64,000 nucleotides of DNA, from contig JBFMHM010000001.1 of assembly GCA_040753015.1 (NCBI GenBank), positions 211,157 to 275,156 on the forward strand, written 5' to 3'. This document shows, one piece after another, positions 19,692 to 30,360 of this stretch (position 1 is the first letter of the stretch; every line of letters begins with the position of its first letter). The translations under genes were made by a program, and so were the position numbers. A model generated the notes under the pieces. That model saw only the letters and a list, made by a program, of their open reading frames with translations. It did not search any database and had not been told where the DNA came from. Origin of the DNA: Candidatus Omnitrophota bacterium (GTDB lineage Bacteria > Omnitrophota > Gorgyraeia > Gygaellales > JBFMHM01).

Positions 19692-20157
19692 ACTTTATTA
19701 ATCCTCCTGCATTTATAATCTCTTGCATAAATTCTGGAAAATTACCGCTGTTAAAACTTTTATTATTACTAAGATCTTTTATAATACCCTTATCTAAAAT
19801 AATCTCTAAGATATCGCCATCTTTAATCTCCGAAGTATCTTTAATTTCTATAATCGCAAGCCCGATATTTATTGCATTGCGAAAAAATATCCTTGCAAAG
19901 CTTTCTGCGACTACACAAACTATGCCACTGCCTTTGATCGCAATAGGCGCATGTTCGCGCGAAGAACCACAGCCAAAGTTTTTCCCGGCAACAATAATAT
20001 CACCTTTTTTTACTTTTTTTACAAAATCCCTGGCAATTGTTTCCATACAATGACTACCTAATTCTTGGGCATCTGTACTGACTAAATATTTAGCAGCAAT
20101 AATATCGTCTGTGTTTATATCATCGCCAAATTTATGAACGTTGCCTCTGAATATCAT
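19663..20157 (-). CDS. leuD: 3-isopropylmalate dehydratase small subunit
   Basis: DINTD, NFGCGSSREHA, FARIFFRN. Confidence 0.93.
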   Translation of the reverse strand: MIFRGNVHKFGDDINTDDIIAAKYLVSTDAQELGSHCMETIARDFVKKVKKGDIIVAGKNFGCGSSREHAPIAIKGSGIVCVVAESFARIFFRNAINIGLAIIEIKDTSEIKDGDILEIILDKGIIKDLSNNKSFNSGNFPEFMQEIINAGGLIKYVQNSSNTR

Positions 20158-21422
20158 TTTACAACCTCGTCTGGATGAGTAATTCGGCCTAATATGCTGG
20201 ATGCCGCCGCAACCGCAGGACTCGAGAGATACACAAAAGATTCTGGGCTACCCATCCTACCGATAAAATTACGGTTTGTTGTCGCAAGAGCGACTTCGCC
20301 TTTAGTAAGAATCCCTGAATGACCGCCAAGGCATGGCCCACAAGTAGGCGTAGAAATAACTGCACCTGCTTGAATAAAAATTTCGATTAACCCTTCCTTT
20401 ATTGCCTCTAAGTATATCTTTTGTGTTGCAGGAAAAATAATCAAACGTACTCTCGAATTTACTTTTCGGCCTTTTAAAATTTTAGCCGCGATGCGTAAAT
20501 CTGATATTCTACCGTTTGTACAAGAACCAATCACTACTTGATCCAAATTAATATCCTTCAAGTTTGAGACTGGTTTTACATTACTCGGAAGATGCGGACA
20601 GGAAACTTGCGGTTCAAGCGTAGAAACATCATATTCTTTTATTTTAACATACTTAGCATCTTTATCGCTCATAAGCTCTTTTATCTTAATATTAGCTTTT
20701 ACTTCTCTCAAATATTTAAAAGTAACAGCATCTGGTTCAATAATACCATTTTTTGCTCCCGCCTCAATAGCCATATTACACATACTAAATCTATCATCCA
20801 TTGATAACCCTTTAATAACTTCTCCACTAAACTCCATAGTTTTATATAATGCTCCATCCACTCCTATATCGCCAATTGTATAAAGGATTAAATCTTTTCC
20901 AGAAATCCATTTATCCAACCTTCCTTTATAAATAAACTTAATAGTTTCAGGCACTTTAAGCCACACCCATCCTGATGCCCAAGCACAAGCTAAATCTGTT
21001 GAACCTATGCCAATCGAAAAAGCACCAAGAGCTCCGTATGTACAAGTATGTGAATCTGCACCAATTATTAAATCACCAACACTGACTAATCCTAACTCTG
21101 GTAAAAGGGCATGCTCTATACCCATGCATCCTAACTCAAAAAAATGTTTTATATTATGTTTTTTTGAGAAAATATTTAGAATCTTCGCTTGATTGCTAGA
21201 AACGGCATCTTTAGCGGGAACAAAATGATCGGGAACAAGAGCAATTTTTTCATTATCAAATACTTTTTCAAAACCCGCTGCCTCAAATTCTTTAATTGCA
21301 ATAGGCGCAGTAATATCATTGCCTAGAGTAAGATCAACATTTGCTTTAATAAAATTACCCGGGGATATCTTATCTACGTTTATATGATTAAGCAGAATTT
21401 TTTCTGTGATTGTATAACCCAT
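20154..21422 (-). CDS. leuC: 3-isopropylmalate dehydratase large subunit
   Basis: DSHTCTYG, IGSCTNGR, CGPCLG, NRNFIGRMG. Confidence 0.93.
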   Translation of the reverse strand: MGYTITEKILLNHINVDKISPGNFIKANVDLTLGNDITAPIAIKEFEAAGFEKVFDNEKIALVPDHFVPAKDAVSSNQAKILNIFSKKHNIKHFFELGCMGIEHALLPELGLVSVGDLIIGADSHTCTYGALGAFSIGIGSTDLACAWASGWVWLKVPETIKFIYKGRLDKWISGKDLILYTIGDIGVDGALYKTMEFSGEVIKGLSMDDRFSMCNMAIEAGAKNGIIEPDAVTFKYLREVKANIKIKELMSDKDAKYVKIKEYDVSTLEPQVSCPHLPSNVKPVSNLKDINLDQVVIGSCTNGRISDLRIAAKILKGRKVNSRVRLIIFPATQKIYLEAIKEGLIEIFIQAGAVISTPTCGPCLGGHSGILTKGEVALATTNRNFIGRMGSPESFVYLSSPAVAAASSILGRITHPDEVVK

Positions 21423-21430
21423 AATAGAAA

Positions 21431-22672
21431 CTAAAAATTAAATCTTTTTATTATTAATGTTGCGTTATGGCCGCCAAAACCTAGAGAATTAGACATACAG
21501 ACATCCACCTTAGCCTTTCTTGCAACATTGGGGACATAATCTAAGTCGCATTCGGGATCAGGATTATCGTAGTTAATTGTTGGAGGGATTACTTTATCTT
21601 TTATAGCTAAAATACAAGCAATAAATTCAACGCCGCCGGCTGCGCCTAAAAGATGGCCGGTTACTGATTTTGTTGAACTAACAGCTATCTTTTTTGCATA
21701 ATCACCAAATACTTTTTTGATTGCAAGGGTTTCAATCTTATCATTGAGCTCAGTAGAAGTCCCATGAGCATTTATATAATCTATATCCCTAGTTTCCAAT
21801 TTCGCATCCTCTAGCGCCAGTTTCATTGCATGGCTAGCGCCCTCTCCTGTTGGGTCTGGGGCGGTAATATGATAACCGTCTCCTGTCATTGCATATCCTA
21901 CAATCTCACCATATATATGGGCTTTTCTTTTTTTTGCATGCTCTAGCTCTTCTAAAACAACAATCCCACAGCCTTCAGCCATTATAAAACCATCGCGGTC
22001 CCTATCAAAAGGCCTAGATGCACGTTTTGGCTCATTATTTCTCTTAGAAAGAGCTTTGAGAGCGCAAAATCCACCAACACCAAGATGAGTAATACAACTT
22101 TCTGTGCCTCCAGTAATCATTATATCCGCAGCATTCCTTTGAATAACTTTAAATGCATCACCAATTGCATGAGATCCAGAAGCACAAGCAGTAGCAACGG
22201 CAGAATTAGGGCCTTTTAATTTAAAATGAATAGAAACATGCCCTGACGCCTCATTTATAATCAGCATAGGAATAAGAAACGGGGAAAGCCGTGATGGGCC
22301 TTTTGTAAGTAATTTCTTTGCTTCCTCTTCAACCGTGTGAAGACTACCAATACCAGAACCAATTAACACGCCAGCGCGAAAAGGATCTTCTTTAGAAAAA
22401 TCTAGGCCTGAATCGGATACCGCTTGAATACTAGAGGCAACAGCATAATGAACAAACTTATCGGCGCGCTTAACCTCTTTAATATTCATATATTTTAGAG
22501 GATCAAAATTTTTCACTTCCCCGGCAATCCTAGAATCAAAACTAGAAGCATCAAAACTCTTTAATAAATCTACGCCGCTAATTCCTTCTACTAAAGAATT
22601 CCAAAACACCGGAATATCGTTGCCAACCGGAGATATAACACCTAATCCTGTTATTACTACGCGTCTTTCCAT
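21431..22672 (-). CDS. fabF: Beta-ketoacyl-ACP synthase II
   Basis: TACASG, NAHGTST, GHLLGAAG, GFGGHN. Confidence 0.97.
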   Translation of the reverse strand: MERRVVITGLGVISPVGNDIPVFWNSLVEGISGVDLLKSFDASSFDSRIAGEVKNFDPLKYMNIKEVKRADKFVHYAVASSIQAVSDSGLDFSKEDPFRAGVLIGSGIGSLHTVEEEAKKLLTKGPSRLSPFLIPMLIINEASGHVSIHFKLKGPNSAVATACASGSHAIGDAFKVIQRNAADIMITGGTESCITHLGVGGFCALKALSKRNNEPKRASRPFDRDRDGFIMAEGCGIVVLEELEHAKKRKAHIYGEIVGYAMTGDGYHITAPDPTGEGASHAMKLALEDAKLETRDIDYINAHGTSTELNDKIETLAIKKVFGDYAKKIAVSSTKSVTGHLLGAAGGVEFIACILAIKDKVIPPTINYDNPDPECDLDYVPNVARKAKVDVCMSNSLGFGGHNATLIIKRFNF

Positions 22673-22679
22673 ATTAATT

Positions 22680-22775
22680 TACCCCGCATATTCTAAAAAT
22701 TCATTTTTTGAATAAAAAGATGATGCGGGGTATGTTATTTTTTCCACCGAAGCTAGATTGCCCTCGGGTAGAAAT
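22680..22775. repeat. Intergenic inverted repeat plus decayed CCGCC-family element between acpP and fabF
   Basis: TACCCCGCAT (22680)...ATGCGGGGTA (22732); 22742-22775 aligns without gaps at 24/34 to the dapL element. Confidence 0.55.
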
Positions 22776-22777
22776 CA

Positions 22778-23017
22778 TTATTTATTTTGGGCTTTCTCTT
22801 CTATATATTTAATCGCTTCACCTACAGTAGTCATTTTTTCAGCATCTTCATCAGGAATTTCAATACCAAATTCTTCTTCTAATGCCATAACAAGTTCAAC
22901 TGTATCTAAAGAATCTGCACCTAAGTCATCAATGAAAGAAGCTTCCGGAGTAACTTCTTCGGGCTTTACGCCTAACTGTTCAGCAATTATACTTTTTATT
23001 TTATCCGCTACTGCCAT
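22778..23017 (-). CDS. acpP: Acyl carrier protein
   Basis: [14 protein letters not shown]. Confidence 0.98.
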   Translation of the reverse strand: MAVADKIKSIIAEQLGVKPEEVTPEASFIDDLGADSLDTVELVMALEEEFGIEIPDEDAEKMTTVGEAIKYIEEKAQNK

Positions 23018-23028
23018 TCGTTTCCTCC

Positions 23029-23775
23029 TTAGTTTATCATTACCATCCCACCATCAACAATAATTGTCTGCCCTGTAATATAATCTGAACTACTGCTTGC
23101 TAAAAACATGCAAACCTTAGCAACATCCTGAGGTTCGCCAAATCTATTTATCGGAATCATACTTAACATCTTTTGCTTAACATCTTCCGATAATTTATCT
23201 GTCATTGCCGTTCTTATAAAACCTGGGGCAACAGCATTTACGCAGATACCACGGCTGGCAACTTCTTTAGCTATACTTTTTGTAAGAGCAATAACACCTG
23301 CTTTTGATGCTGCATAATTTACTTGCCCAGCGTTTCCTATTATGCCGATAATAGAAGCTATATTTACAATCTTTCCGCTTCGTTGTTTTATCATATGCCG
23401 AGAAACCGCTTTTGTCACATTAAAAGTACCTTTTAAATTAATATTTAGTACTTTATCCCACTCATCTTCCTTCATACGTAGCATTAAATTGTCAGCGGTC
23501 ACGCCAGCATTGTTAATTAATATATCAATCTTGTTAAATTTGTCAAGGATTTTATCAGTAAATTCCTGCACTTGTGTATAATTTGTCACATCAATAACAG
23601 AGGTCAAACAACTAATCCCAAAAGCCTCTAAATCTTTCTGTGTTTCCAAAAGTGCATCTTGATTTACATCGCATATTGCCATATCCGAACCTTGTTTTGC
23701 GAAAGAATAAGCAATTTCTTTACCTATTCCGCGGGCTGCGCCTGTAACTATAGTAACTTTATCTTTAAATATCAT
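23029..23775 (-). CDS. fabG: 3-oxoacyl-ACP reductase
   Basis: [17 protein letters not shown]. Confidence 0.96.
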   Translation of the reverse strand: MIFKDKVTIVTGAARGIGKEIAYSFAKQGSDMAICDVNQDALLETQKDLEAFGISCLTSVIDVTNYTQVQEFTDKILDKFNKIDILINNAGVTADNLMLRMKEDEWDKVLNINLKGTFNVTKAVSRHMIKQRSGKIVNIASIIGIIGNAGQVNYAASKAGVIALTKSIAKEVASRGICVNAVAPGFIRTAMTDKLSEDVKQKMLSMIPINRFGEPQDVAKVCMFLASSSSDYITGQTIIVDGGMVMIN

Positions 23776-23777
23776 AA

Positions 23778-24695
23778 TTAAACTCCTAATTTACTTATGT
23801 CTTCTTTCTTTTCTATATTTATAACATTTACTTCCGGGTCAATTTTTCTCATTAATCCTTTAAGCACTCTGCCCGGGCCAACTTCATAAAAATTCTTTAT
23901 ACCCTTGCCTATCATAAATCTAACAGAATCTTCCCAAAGAACAGAACCTGTCAATTGTTTTACCAAGTTCTGCCGTATCAAATCCGGAGAATCTTCTATT
24001 ACAGCAGTAAAATTACTAATAACAGGTACTACAGGATTATTAATTGTTATTCTATCCAGCAAGATCTTTAATTTATCGCTTGCTTCCTGCATAAAAGAAC
24101 TATGAAATGCCCCGCTTGTAGCTAACGCTATAACCTTTTTTGCACCAAGGGAAACAGCAATTTCCTTTAAATTATCAATTGCCTCTATAGACCCAGAAAC
24201 TACAATTTGATCTGGGCAATTTAAATTTGCTGGCTCAACATTTGCCTGTTTGCACAATAAAGAAACATTCTCTTTAGTTAATCCAATCACAGCTGCCATT
24301 CTACCCGGATTTTTAATTGAAGCCTCATCCATAAATTCACCTCTTTTATGGACTAAATAAACAGCATCTTCAAAGCTAATTGATCCTGCAGCCACCAATG
24401 CTGAATATTCCCCCAAACTTAATCCTACGGCATAATTGTAATCCGTAATTTGTAATCTAGAGCTTGTTTTTAATGCTTCCCATGCAGCGATACTAGCTGT
24501 AAGTATTGCGGGTTGGCATATTTTACTTTTGGTTAATTCTTCGATGGGGCCTTCAAAACAAATATCGGATAAATTAAATCCTAAAACTTGGTCTGCTTTG
24601 CTAAAAACATCTTTTGCCTGGGGAAAAGTTTCATATAAATCTTTTCCCATTTCAACATATTGAACACCTTGACCAGGAAATAATAAACCTACCAT
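23778..24695 (-). CDS. fabD: Malonyl-CoA:ACP transacylase
   Basis: FPGQG, GLSLGEY, GAFHS; start placed at MVGLL. Confidence 0.96.
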   Translation of the reverse strand: MVGLLFPGQGVQYVEMGKDLYETFPQAKDVFSKADQVLGFNLSDICFEGPIEELTKSKICQPAILTASIAAWEALKTSSRLQITDYNYAVGLSLGEYSALVAAGSISFEDAVYLVHKRGEFMDEASIKNPGRMAAVIGLTKENVSLLCKQANVEPANLNCPDQIVVSGSIEAIDNLKEIAVSLGAKKVIALATSGAFHSSFMQEASDKLKILLDRITINNPVVPVISNFTAVIEDSPDLIRQNLVKQLTGSVLWEDSVRFMIGKGIKNFYEVGPGRVLKGLMRKIDPEVNVINIEKKEDISKLGV

Positions 24696-25666
24696 TTTAA
24701 TACTATTGCTCCCCATACAAGGCCTGAACCAAATACATCAATTAATACAATATCCCCTTTTTTAATATAGCCGTCTTCTATTGCTTCCACAAAAGCCGTT
24801 GCAGCAGAAGCAGAAGACATATTACCATACCGCTCAATATTAATATAAATTTTATCGCTTGAAAGCTTAAGCCGTTGGCCTACAGCATTAATTATTCTAA
24901 CATTAGCTTGGTGAGGAATGAAACAATCTATATCTTGCTCTTTAAGGCCTGCTTTATCAAGAACTTTAATAGCCGCGGAAGTCATAAGCCTCACGGCCAA
25001 TTTAAATAATTCGTTTCCCTGCATCTTTATATAATGCATCTTTTTCTCGATTGTTTCTAGACTTGCAGGGTGTCTTGATCCGCCGCCTGGAAGGTATAAT
25101 AGATCAATCGCACTTGCATCTGTGCCCAGATAACTTGCCATTATTTTACCTTGATTAGTTTGGCCCAGAATTACGGCACCCGCTCCATCACCGAAAAGAA
25201 CGCAGGTATTACGATCCTGCCAATCTGTAACAGAACTAAGTTTTTCAGCTCCAATCACAAGCGCGCGCTTATAAACATTACGGGCAATAAATTGCTCGGC
25301 AATACTAATTCCATAAACAAATCCTGCACAGGCGCTAGAAACATCAAAACAAACTGCGTTCTTTGCTCCGATGTTTTTTTGGACAAAACAAGCTGTCGAA
25401 GGAAATTGCATGTCAGGCGTAATGGTAGCGACAATAATTAAATCAATATCCAAAGCGTCAAGATTTGCGCTCTTTAACGCGGCATTAGCAGCGTTAGCGG
25501 CTAAATCGGATGCTGCTTCATTCTTTTGCGCTATTCTTCTTTCTTTTATTCCCGTGCGTGTAGTAATCCACTCATCAGAAGTATCAACTATTTTTTCAAG
25601 GTCATAATTTGTAAGGATTTTTTTAGGGAGGTATTTACCGAAGCCAATTATACCAACTGATTTCAT
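24689..25666 (-). CDS. fabH: Beta-ketoacyl-ACP synthase III
   Basis: RTGIKERR, ACAGF, PHQAN, YGNMS. Confidence 0.97.
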   Translation of the reverse strand: MKSVGIIGFGKYLPKKILTNYDLEKIVDTSDEWITTRTGIKERRIAQKNEAASDLAANAANAALKSANLDALDIDLIIVATITPDMQFPSTACFVQKNIGAKNAVCFDVSSACAGFVYGISIAEQFIARNVYKRALVIGAEKLSSVTDWQDRNTCVLFGDGAGAVILGQTNQGKIMASYLGTDASAIDLLYLPGGGSRHPASLETIEKKMHYIKMQGNELFKLAVRLMTSAAIKVLDKAGLKEQDIDCFIPHQANVRIINAVGQRLKLSSDKIYINIERYGNMSSASAATAFVEAIEDGYIKKGDIVLIDVFGSGLVWGAIVLKW

Positions 25667-26658
25667 TTAGATATTGCCTCAATAATCTTTTCATTTACTT
25701 TTCTCTCAATCTCTTCTTTAGCAACACGAATAGCGTTACGAATTGCCTTTGCCTTAGAACGGCCGTGGCTTATTATTACAATACCGTCTACTCCTAAAAG
25801 AAGCGCGCCGCCATATTCAGAATAATCAAGATGTTTCTTGAATCTACGCAGGCTTTGTTTTATAAAAAATACTCCTAGTTTACTCGTCCAATCGCGCGAT
25901 AATTCACGTTTTAGAAATTTAGCAAGCACATCGGCTGTTCCTTCCATAACCTTAAGAACAACATTGCCAACAAATCCATCGCAGATTATCACATCAAAAT
26001 CACCGCTAAATATATCTTTACCCTCACAATTACCGGCAAAATTAATATTGGCCGCCTGGAGTAATTGATGTGTTTCTTTAACAAAATCTGTGCCTTTCGC
26101 TTCTTCTTCGCCAATATTTAGTAACCCAATAGCGGGATTATTCCTGCCAGAAACATAACGCATATAAGCATCTCCCATAATACCATATTGAAGAAGATGC
26201 AGCGGCTTTGGATTAATATTTGCGCCCACATCTAGGATTAAACAAGGATTCTTTAATGTAGGCACCATAAGCGCAATCCCTGGCCGTTCAATATTTGAGA
26301 GTAATCCAAGGCCTAAAACTCCTGCGCATGTTACTGCAGCTGTATTGCCCGCACTAACAAAAGCGTCGGCTTTTTTTTCTTTAATTAAATTCATACCTTT
26401 CACTATAGAAGATTCTTTCTTTTTGCGAGCGCTAACTGCGCCCGGTTCATCCATAGCAATAATATCATTGGCATGATGTATTTCGATGAGACTACGCTTA
26501 GAACTATCTAGCTTATGGCGGGAAAGCTCTTTCTCAATTATATCCCTTTGGCCAACTAAAATTATACCTATATCAAAATCATTAATAGCCCAAACTGCTC
26601 CATCTATTACCGCAGCTGGAGCATAATCTCCGCCCATCGCATCTAGGACGATTTTCAT
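25663..26658 (-). CDS. plsX: Phosphate acyltransferase
   Basis: DAMGGD, SAGNT, NIGEE, DGFVGN. Confidence 0.97.
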   Translation of the reverse strand: MKIVLDAMGGDYAPAAVIDGAVWAINDFDIGIILVGQRDIIEKELSRHKLDSSKRSLIEIHHANDIIAMDEPGAVSARKKKESSIVKGMNLIKEKKADAFVSAGNTAAVTCAGVLGLGLLSNIERPGIALMVPTLKNPCLILDVGANINPKPLHLLQYGIMGDAYMRYVSGRNNPAIGLLNIGEEEAKGTDFVKETHQLLQAANINFAGNCEGKDIFSGDFDVIICDGFVGNVVLKVMEGTADVLAKFLKRELSRDWTSKLGVFFIKQSLRRFKKHLDYSEYGGALLLGVDGIVIISHGRSKAKAIRNAIRVAKEEIERKVNEKIIEAISK

Positions 26659-26661
26659 TTA

Positions 26662-26868
26662 TTAACCTCTAGGTTTTTGTTTCTTTTCTTTCTTCTTAAT
26701 TTCAACTATTTTTTTACCTCTGAAATATCCGCAATAAGAACAAACTTTATTTGGTGAAATAAGATTATTGCATTGCGTACAATTAATAAGATGCACGCAA
26801 TCTTTTCTCCAATGCGTTCGTCTCTTCCTACCTCTTGACTTAGAATGTCTCCTCTTTGGTAATGGCAT
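26662..26868 (-). CDS. rpmF: 50S ribosomal protein L32
   Basis: PKRRHSKSR; CxxC...CxxCG zinc ribbon. Confidence 0.95.
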   Translation of the reverse strand: MPLPKRRHSKSRGRKRRTHWRKDCVHLINCTQCNNLISPNKVCSYCGYFRGKKIVEIKKKEKKQKPRG

Positions 26869-26882
26869 AACGTCTCCTTAAG

Positions 26883-27290
26883 TTACTTACAGTTGCATTT
26901 TTTTTCGTTTAAATCTTGTCCGCATTTCGGACATAATCCTAAACATCCGTCTTTACAGAGTGGTTTTAATGGATAACTTAGTATAATTTCCTGCCTTAAA
27001 TCATCTGTAATATCAATTGTACGCGTATTCCTGTCAATTGGCAAATTAAGCTCAAATCTATTCTCGTAGTACTTTTCAATTTCCTTCAGACAACAGCAGC
27101 AAACAAACAAAAAATATGAATCAACATCCACTCTAATATTTAATAAATTAATTGCTTTTGAAATATGCGCCCTAATATGAAAAGGCTTAATAAATTTGAT
27201 ATCAGCCGTATTAATATCGAACACATCCGAAGAGACCTCTTCCTCTATGGTAACCCCGCTTTGCGGTATGCTTGATATATCTATTGTCAT
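26883..27290 (-). CDS. YceD/DUF177 family protein
   Basis: PLCKDGCLGLCPKCGQDLN; conserved position before rpmF. Confidence 0.9.
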   Translation of the reverse strand: MTIDISSIPQSGVTIEEEVSSDVFDINTADIKFIKPFHIRAHISKAINLLNIRVDVDSYFLFVCCCCLKEIEKYYENRFELNLPIDRNTRTIDITDDLRQEIILSYPLKPLCKDGCLGLCPKCGQDLNEKKCNCK

Positions 27291-27769
27291 TTATTATTCG
27301 ACTTATGAATGAGCATTTCTTTAACAAAATGCGGGGTAAAACCAGAGACATCTCCACCGAAAGAAAAAATTTCTTTAAGAAGTTTACTAGAAATATAGCT
27401 GTAAGATTCAGACGGCATAAGAAAAATTGTTTCTGTTTCTAAAGATAGCTTTCTATTCGTCAACGCCATTTGGAATTCATACTCAAAATCAGAAAACATC
27501 CTGATGCCGCGTATTATGACCTTTGCTTTAACTTTACGTGCAAAATCTACAGCTAAACAATCAAAATCCTGAATTGTTACATTTTTTAACCCTTTTATCG
27601 CCCGTGTTAACATTTGCACTCTTTCCTGGGCAGTAAAAAAGGGTTTCTTATCATAATTATGCGCAACACCCACAACTATCTGGTCAAAAAGTTTTGCTGC
27701 CCGTTTTATTATATCAATATGGCCAAAAGTAATCGGATCAAACGTCCCCGGATATAACGCTTTTCGCAT
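27287..27769 (-). CDS. coaD: Phosphopantetheine adenylyltransferase
   Basis: YPGTFDPITFGH, RGIR, DFEYE. Confidence 0.97.
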   Translation of the reverse strand: MRKALYPGTFDPITFGHIDIIKRAAKLFDQIVVGVAHNYDKKPFFTAQERVQMLTRAIKGLKNVTIQDFDCLAVDFARKVKAKVIIRGIRMFSDFEYEFQMALTNRKLSLETETIFLMPSESYSYISSKLLKEIFSFGGDVSGFTPHFVKEMLIHKSNNK

Positions 27770-28307
27770 AGGTATAAAATGTTAAAGCCGTATCACCGTA
27801 TATCTTTTGCCTGGCTTGAACTAACCGGCCAGAAGTTTGCGGTAATACGTCTTTTTTAAAATGCTGGCATACAACAACACCATTAGCCGTTAATATATCA
27901 TATTGCCCTAAGCTAATCAAGGTTTTTTTTACTAGGTCTTTATAATAAGGCGGGTCTAAAAATATAATATCAAACTTATAATCTTTTTTTGAAATATAAC
28001 CTAAAAATTTTAAGGTATCCATAAAAAATACCTGATAATTTTGATTTTTTATTATATTATTAATATTTATTTTTGTTGCTTTAATAGATTCTTTACTATT
28101 GTCTACAAATATTGCTTCTTTTGCACCCAAAGATAAAGCCTCTATGCCTATTATTCCAGACCCACAAAAAAGCTCTAAGAAGCGTGCATTATTTACACAT
28201 TCACCCAGAATACTAAATAGCGCTTTTCGAACCAGCTCTAGGCTGGGGCGGATATCCCTAGGTGCTTTAATATGCAAGCCTTTATATTTTCCAGAAGTTA
28301 TACGCAT
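27738..28307 (-). CDS. rsmD: 16S rRNA m2G966 methyltransferase
   Basis: MRITSG, LFCGSG, DPPY. Confidence 0.93.
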   Translation of the reverse strand: MRITSGKYKGLHIKAPRDIRPSLELVRKALFSILGECVNNARFLELFCGSGIIGIEALSLGAKEAIFVDNSKESIKATKININNIIKNQNYQVFFMDTLKFLGYISKKDYKFDIIFLDPPYYKDLVKKTLISLGQYDILTANGVVVCQHFKKDVLPQTSGRLVQARQKIYGDTALTFYTYAKSVISGDV

Positions 28308-28308
28308 T

Positions 28309-30360
28309 TTATGTTAATTTATTAAACTCTTTGTAATTGGGCATCTTTTTTTCTAACGCTTGTTTCAATGCCTGATTTTGCCGTAACATCAAGTTGGGAT
28401 CTTTCTCAATTAAGCTTTTTGCTTCCTCGCGGGCAGCCTTTAAAAGATCTATCTGCCTTATTGGATCTGCAACTTTTAACTCAGAAAGGCCATGCTGTAA
28501 ACTACCCAAAAATTCACCCGGGCCGCGAATCTCTAAATCTTTTTGCGCAATCTCAAAACCATCACAAGTGTGACAAATAGCCGAAATTCGTAAAACAGAA
28601 TCTTCACTTTTTGGGTTTGCAATCAGGATAAAATAGCTATTATTTTGGCTTCTTGCAATACGGCCGCGCAGCTGATGCAGCTGCGACAAGCCAAAACGCT
28701 CTGCATGCTCAACTATCATACAAGTTGCATTTGGCACATCCACACCAATTTCTAATATTGAGGTAGCCACTAATACTTTGATTTTACCATCTCTAAATTC
28801 GTCCATTATCTTTTTTTGCTCAGTCTCTTTTAACCTACCATGAATTAAACCAACACTTAACCCTTTAAAAATTCCTGATTGTAAATATTCATACATTTTA
28901 ACTGCCGCCTTCAATTCTAGCTTTTCCGATTCATTAATTAAAGGATAAATTATATATGCCTGCCTCCCCAGTCTAACCTGCCCCAATACGAATTGAAACG
29001 CGCTATCGCTATTCTCTTTATTATACACTACGGTTTCTGGCCTCAGGCGTCCATCTGGTAATTGTCTTATTGTTGATATATCTAAATCTCCGTAAATTGT
29101 TAAAGCGAGCGTGCGGGGAATAGGCGTTGCTGTCATTATTAGGACATCAGGCCATACTTTTAGATTATAGAATGCCTTCTGTGAAAGCAAATTTCTTTGC
29201 ACCAGCCCAAATTTATGTTGTTCATCAATTATTATCAGCCCTAAATTATTAAACTTGACATTATCTTCTAAAAGCGCATGCGTGCCAATTATAATTTTTG
29301 CCTTTCCACTTGTAATATCTTTATAGATATTTTTCTTTGCCTTTATGCTACCAGATAAAAATAAAATCTCATAACCTGTATTTAAAAACCATCTTTTAAA
29401 ATTATTATAATGCTGGTAGGCAAGAATTTCTGTTGGGCACATAAGCGCAATCTGATAACCACCGGAAATACTAAAAGCAGAAGCCAAGCTAGATACAACA
29501 GTTTTACCCGAACCAACTTCGCCCTGTAATAATCGCTGCATCGGATAATCTTTTACCATATCATTCTTAATTTCTTCTAAAACTTGCTGTTGATCAAAAG
29601 TCAATTCAAAACCAAAATTATTACGCACTCTATTTACAAGCGAATCATCAATTATATGCCTGATACCTAATTTTTTCTTTGAAATTAACCGCTGTAAAAT
29701 AAAAGGTATAGAAATAAGAAAAAACTCTTCAAAGGCAATTCTCTTATAGGCCTGTTCTAATATTTTATGATCTTTTGGAAAATGGATATTATTTAAAGCA
29801 GCCGCGCTGTTAATCAAATCGTGCTTCTTCCTTATATTAAACGGTAAAATATCGCTAAGCTTTGAAATATTCTTTTCCAAAACATCCCTAATAATACGCC
29901 TAAAATAACGTTGAGTAAAAATTTCTTTTAATGGATATATCGGCAAAATACCCTGGCTAAAATTATTTTCTTCAAATTCAGGTGAATTCACCTGTAAAAT
30001 CCCATCATAGCGCATTACTTTGCCGTAAAATACGAATTCTTTGCCTTTATCGAAATAATTTGCCAGATATGGCTGATTAAACCAAATACATAAAATACTC
30101 GACGTATCATCGCTAATTAATACCTTTAGAACATTCTTTTGCCTAAAACCCTTAAATTCCGTCTTACTTAGAACCTTACCTTGAAATAAAAAATAAAATC
30201 CCGGCTCCAATTTGGATATCGTAGTAATTTCTAAACGATCTTGATAACGCCGGGGGAAAAAATATAACAGGTCTTCTTGGGCCTTTAAACTCAACTTTCT
30301 AAATAATCTTTCTCTTTTTTCACCAATACCTTTTAGATACCTAACAGGGGTATTTAGCAT
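28309..30360 (-). CDS. recG: ATP-dependent DNA helicase RecG
   Basis: LLQGEVGSGKT, DEQHKFG, TATPIPRTL, QLHQLRGR; wedge domain. Confidence 0.96.
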   Translation of the reverse strand: MLNTPVRYLKGIGEKRERLFRKLSLKAQEDLLYFFPRRYQDRLEITTISKLEPGFYFLFQGKVLSKTEFKGFRQKNVLKVLISDDTSSILCIWFNQPYLANYFDKGKEFVFYGKVMRYDGILQVNSPEFEENNFSQGILPIYPLKEIFTQRYFRRIIRDVLEKNISKLSDILPFNIRKKHDLINSAAALNNIHFPKDHKILEQAYKRIAFEEFFLISIPFILQRLISKKKLGIRHIIDDSLVNRVRNNFGFELTFDQQQVLEEIKNDMVKDYPMQRLLQGEVGSGKTVVSSLASAFSISGGYQIALMCPTEILAYQHYNNFKRWFLNTGYEILFLSGSIKAKKNIYKDITSGKAKIIIGTHALLEDNVKFNNLGLIIIDEQHKFGLVQRNLLSQKAFYNLKVWPDVLIMTATPIPRTLALTIYGDLDISTIRQLPDGRLRPETVVYNKENSDSAFQFVLGQVRLGRQAYIIYPLINESEKLELKAAVKMYEYLQSGIFKGLSVGLIHGRLKETEQKKIMDEFRDGKIKVLVATSILEIGVDVPNATCMIVEHAERFGLSQLHQLRGRIARSQNNSYFILIANPKSEDSVLRISAICHTCDGFEIAQKDLEIRGPGEFLGSLQHGLSELKVADPIRQIDLLKAAREEAKSLIEKDPNLMLRQNQALKQALEKKMPNYKEFNKLT

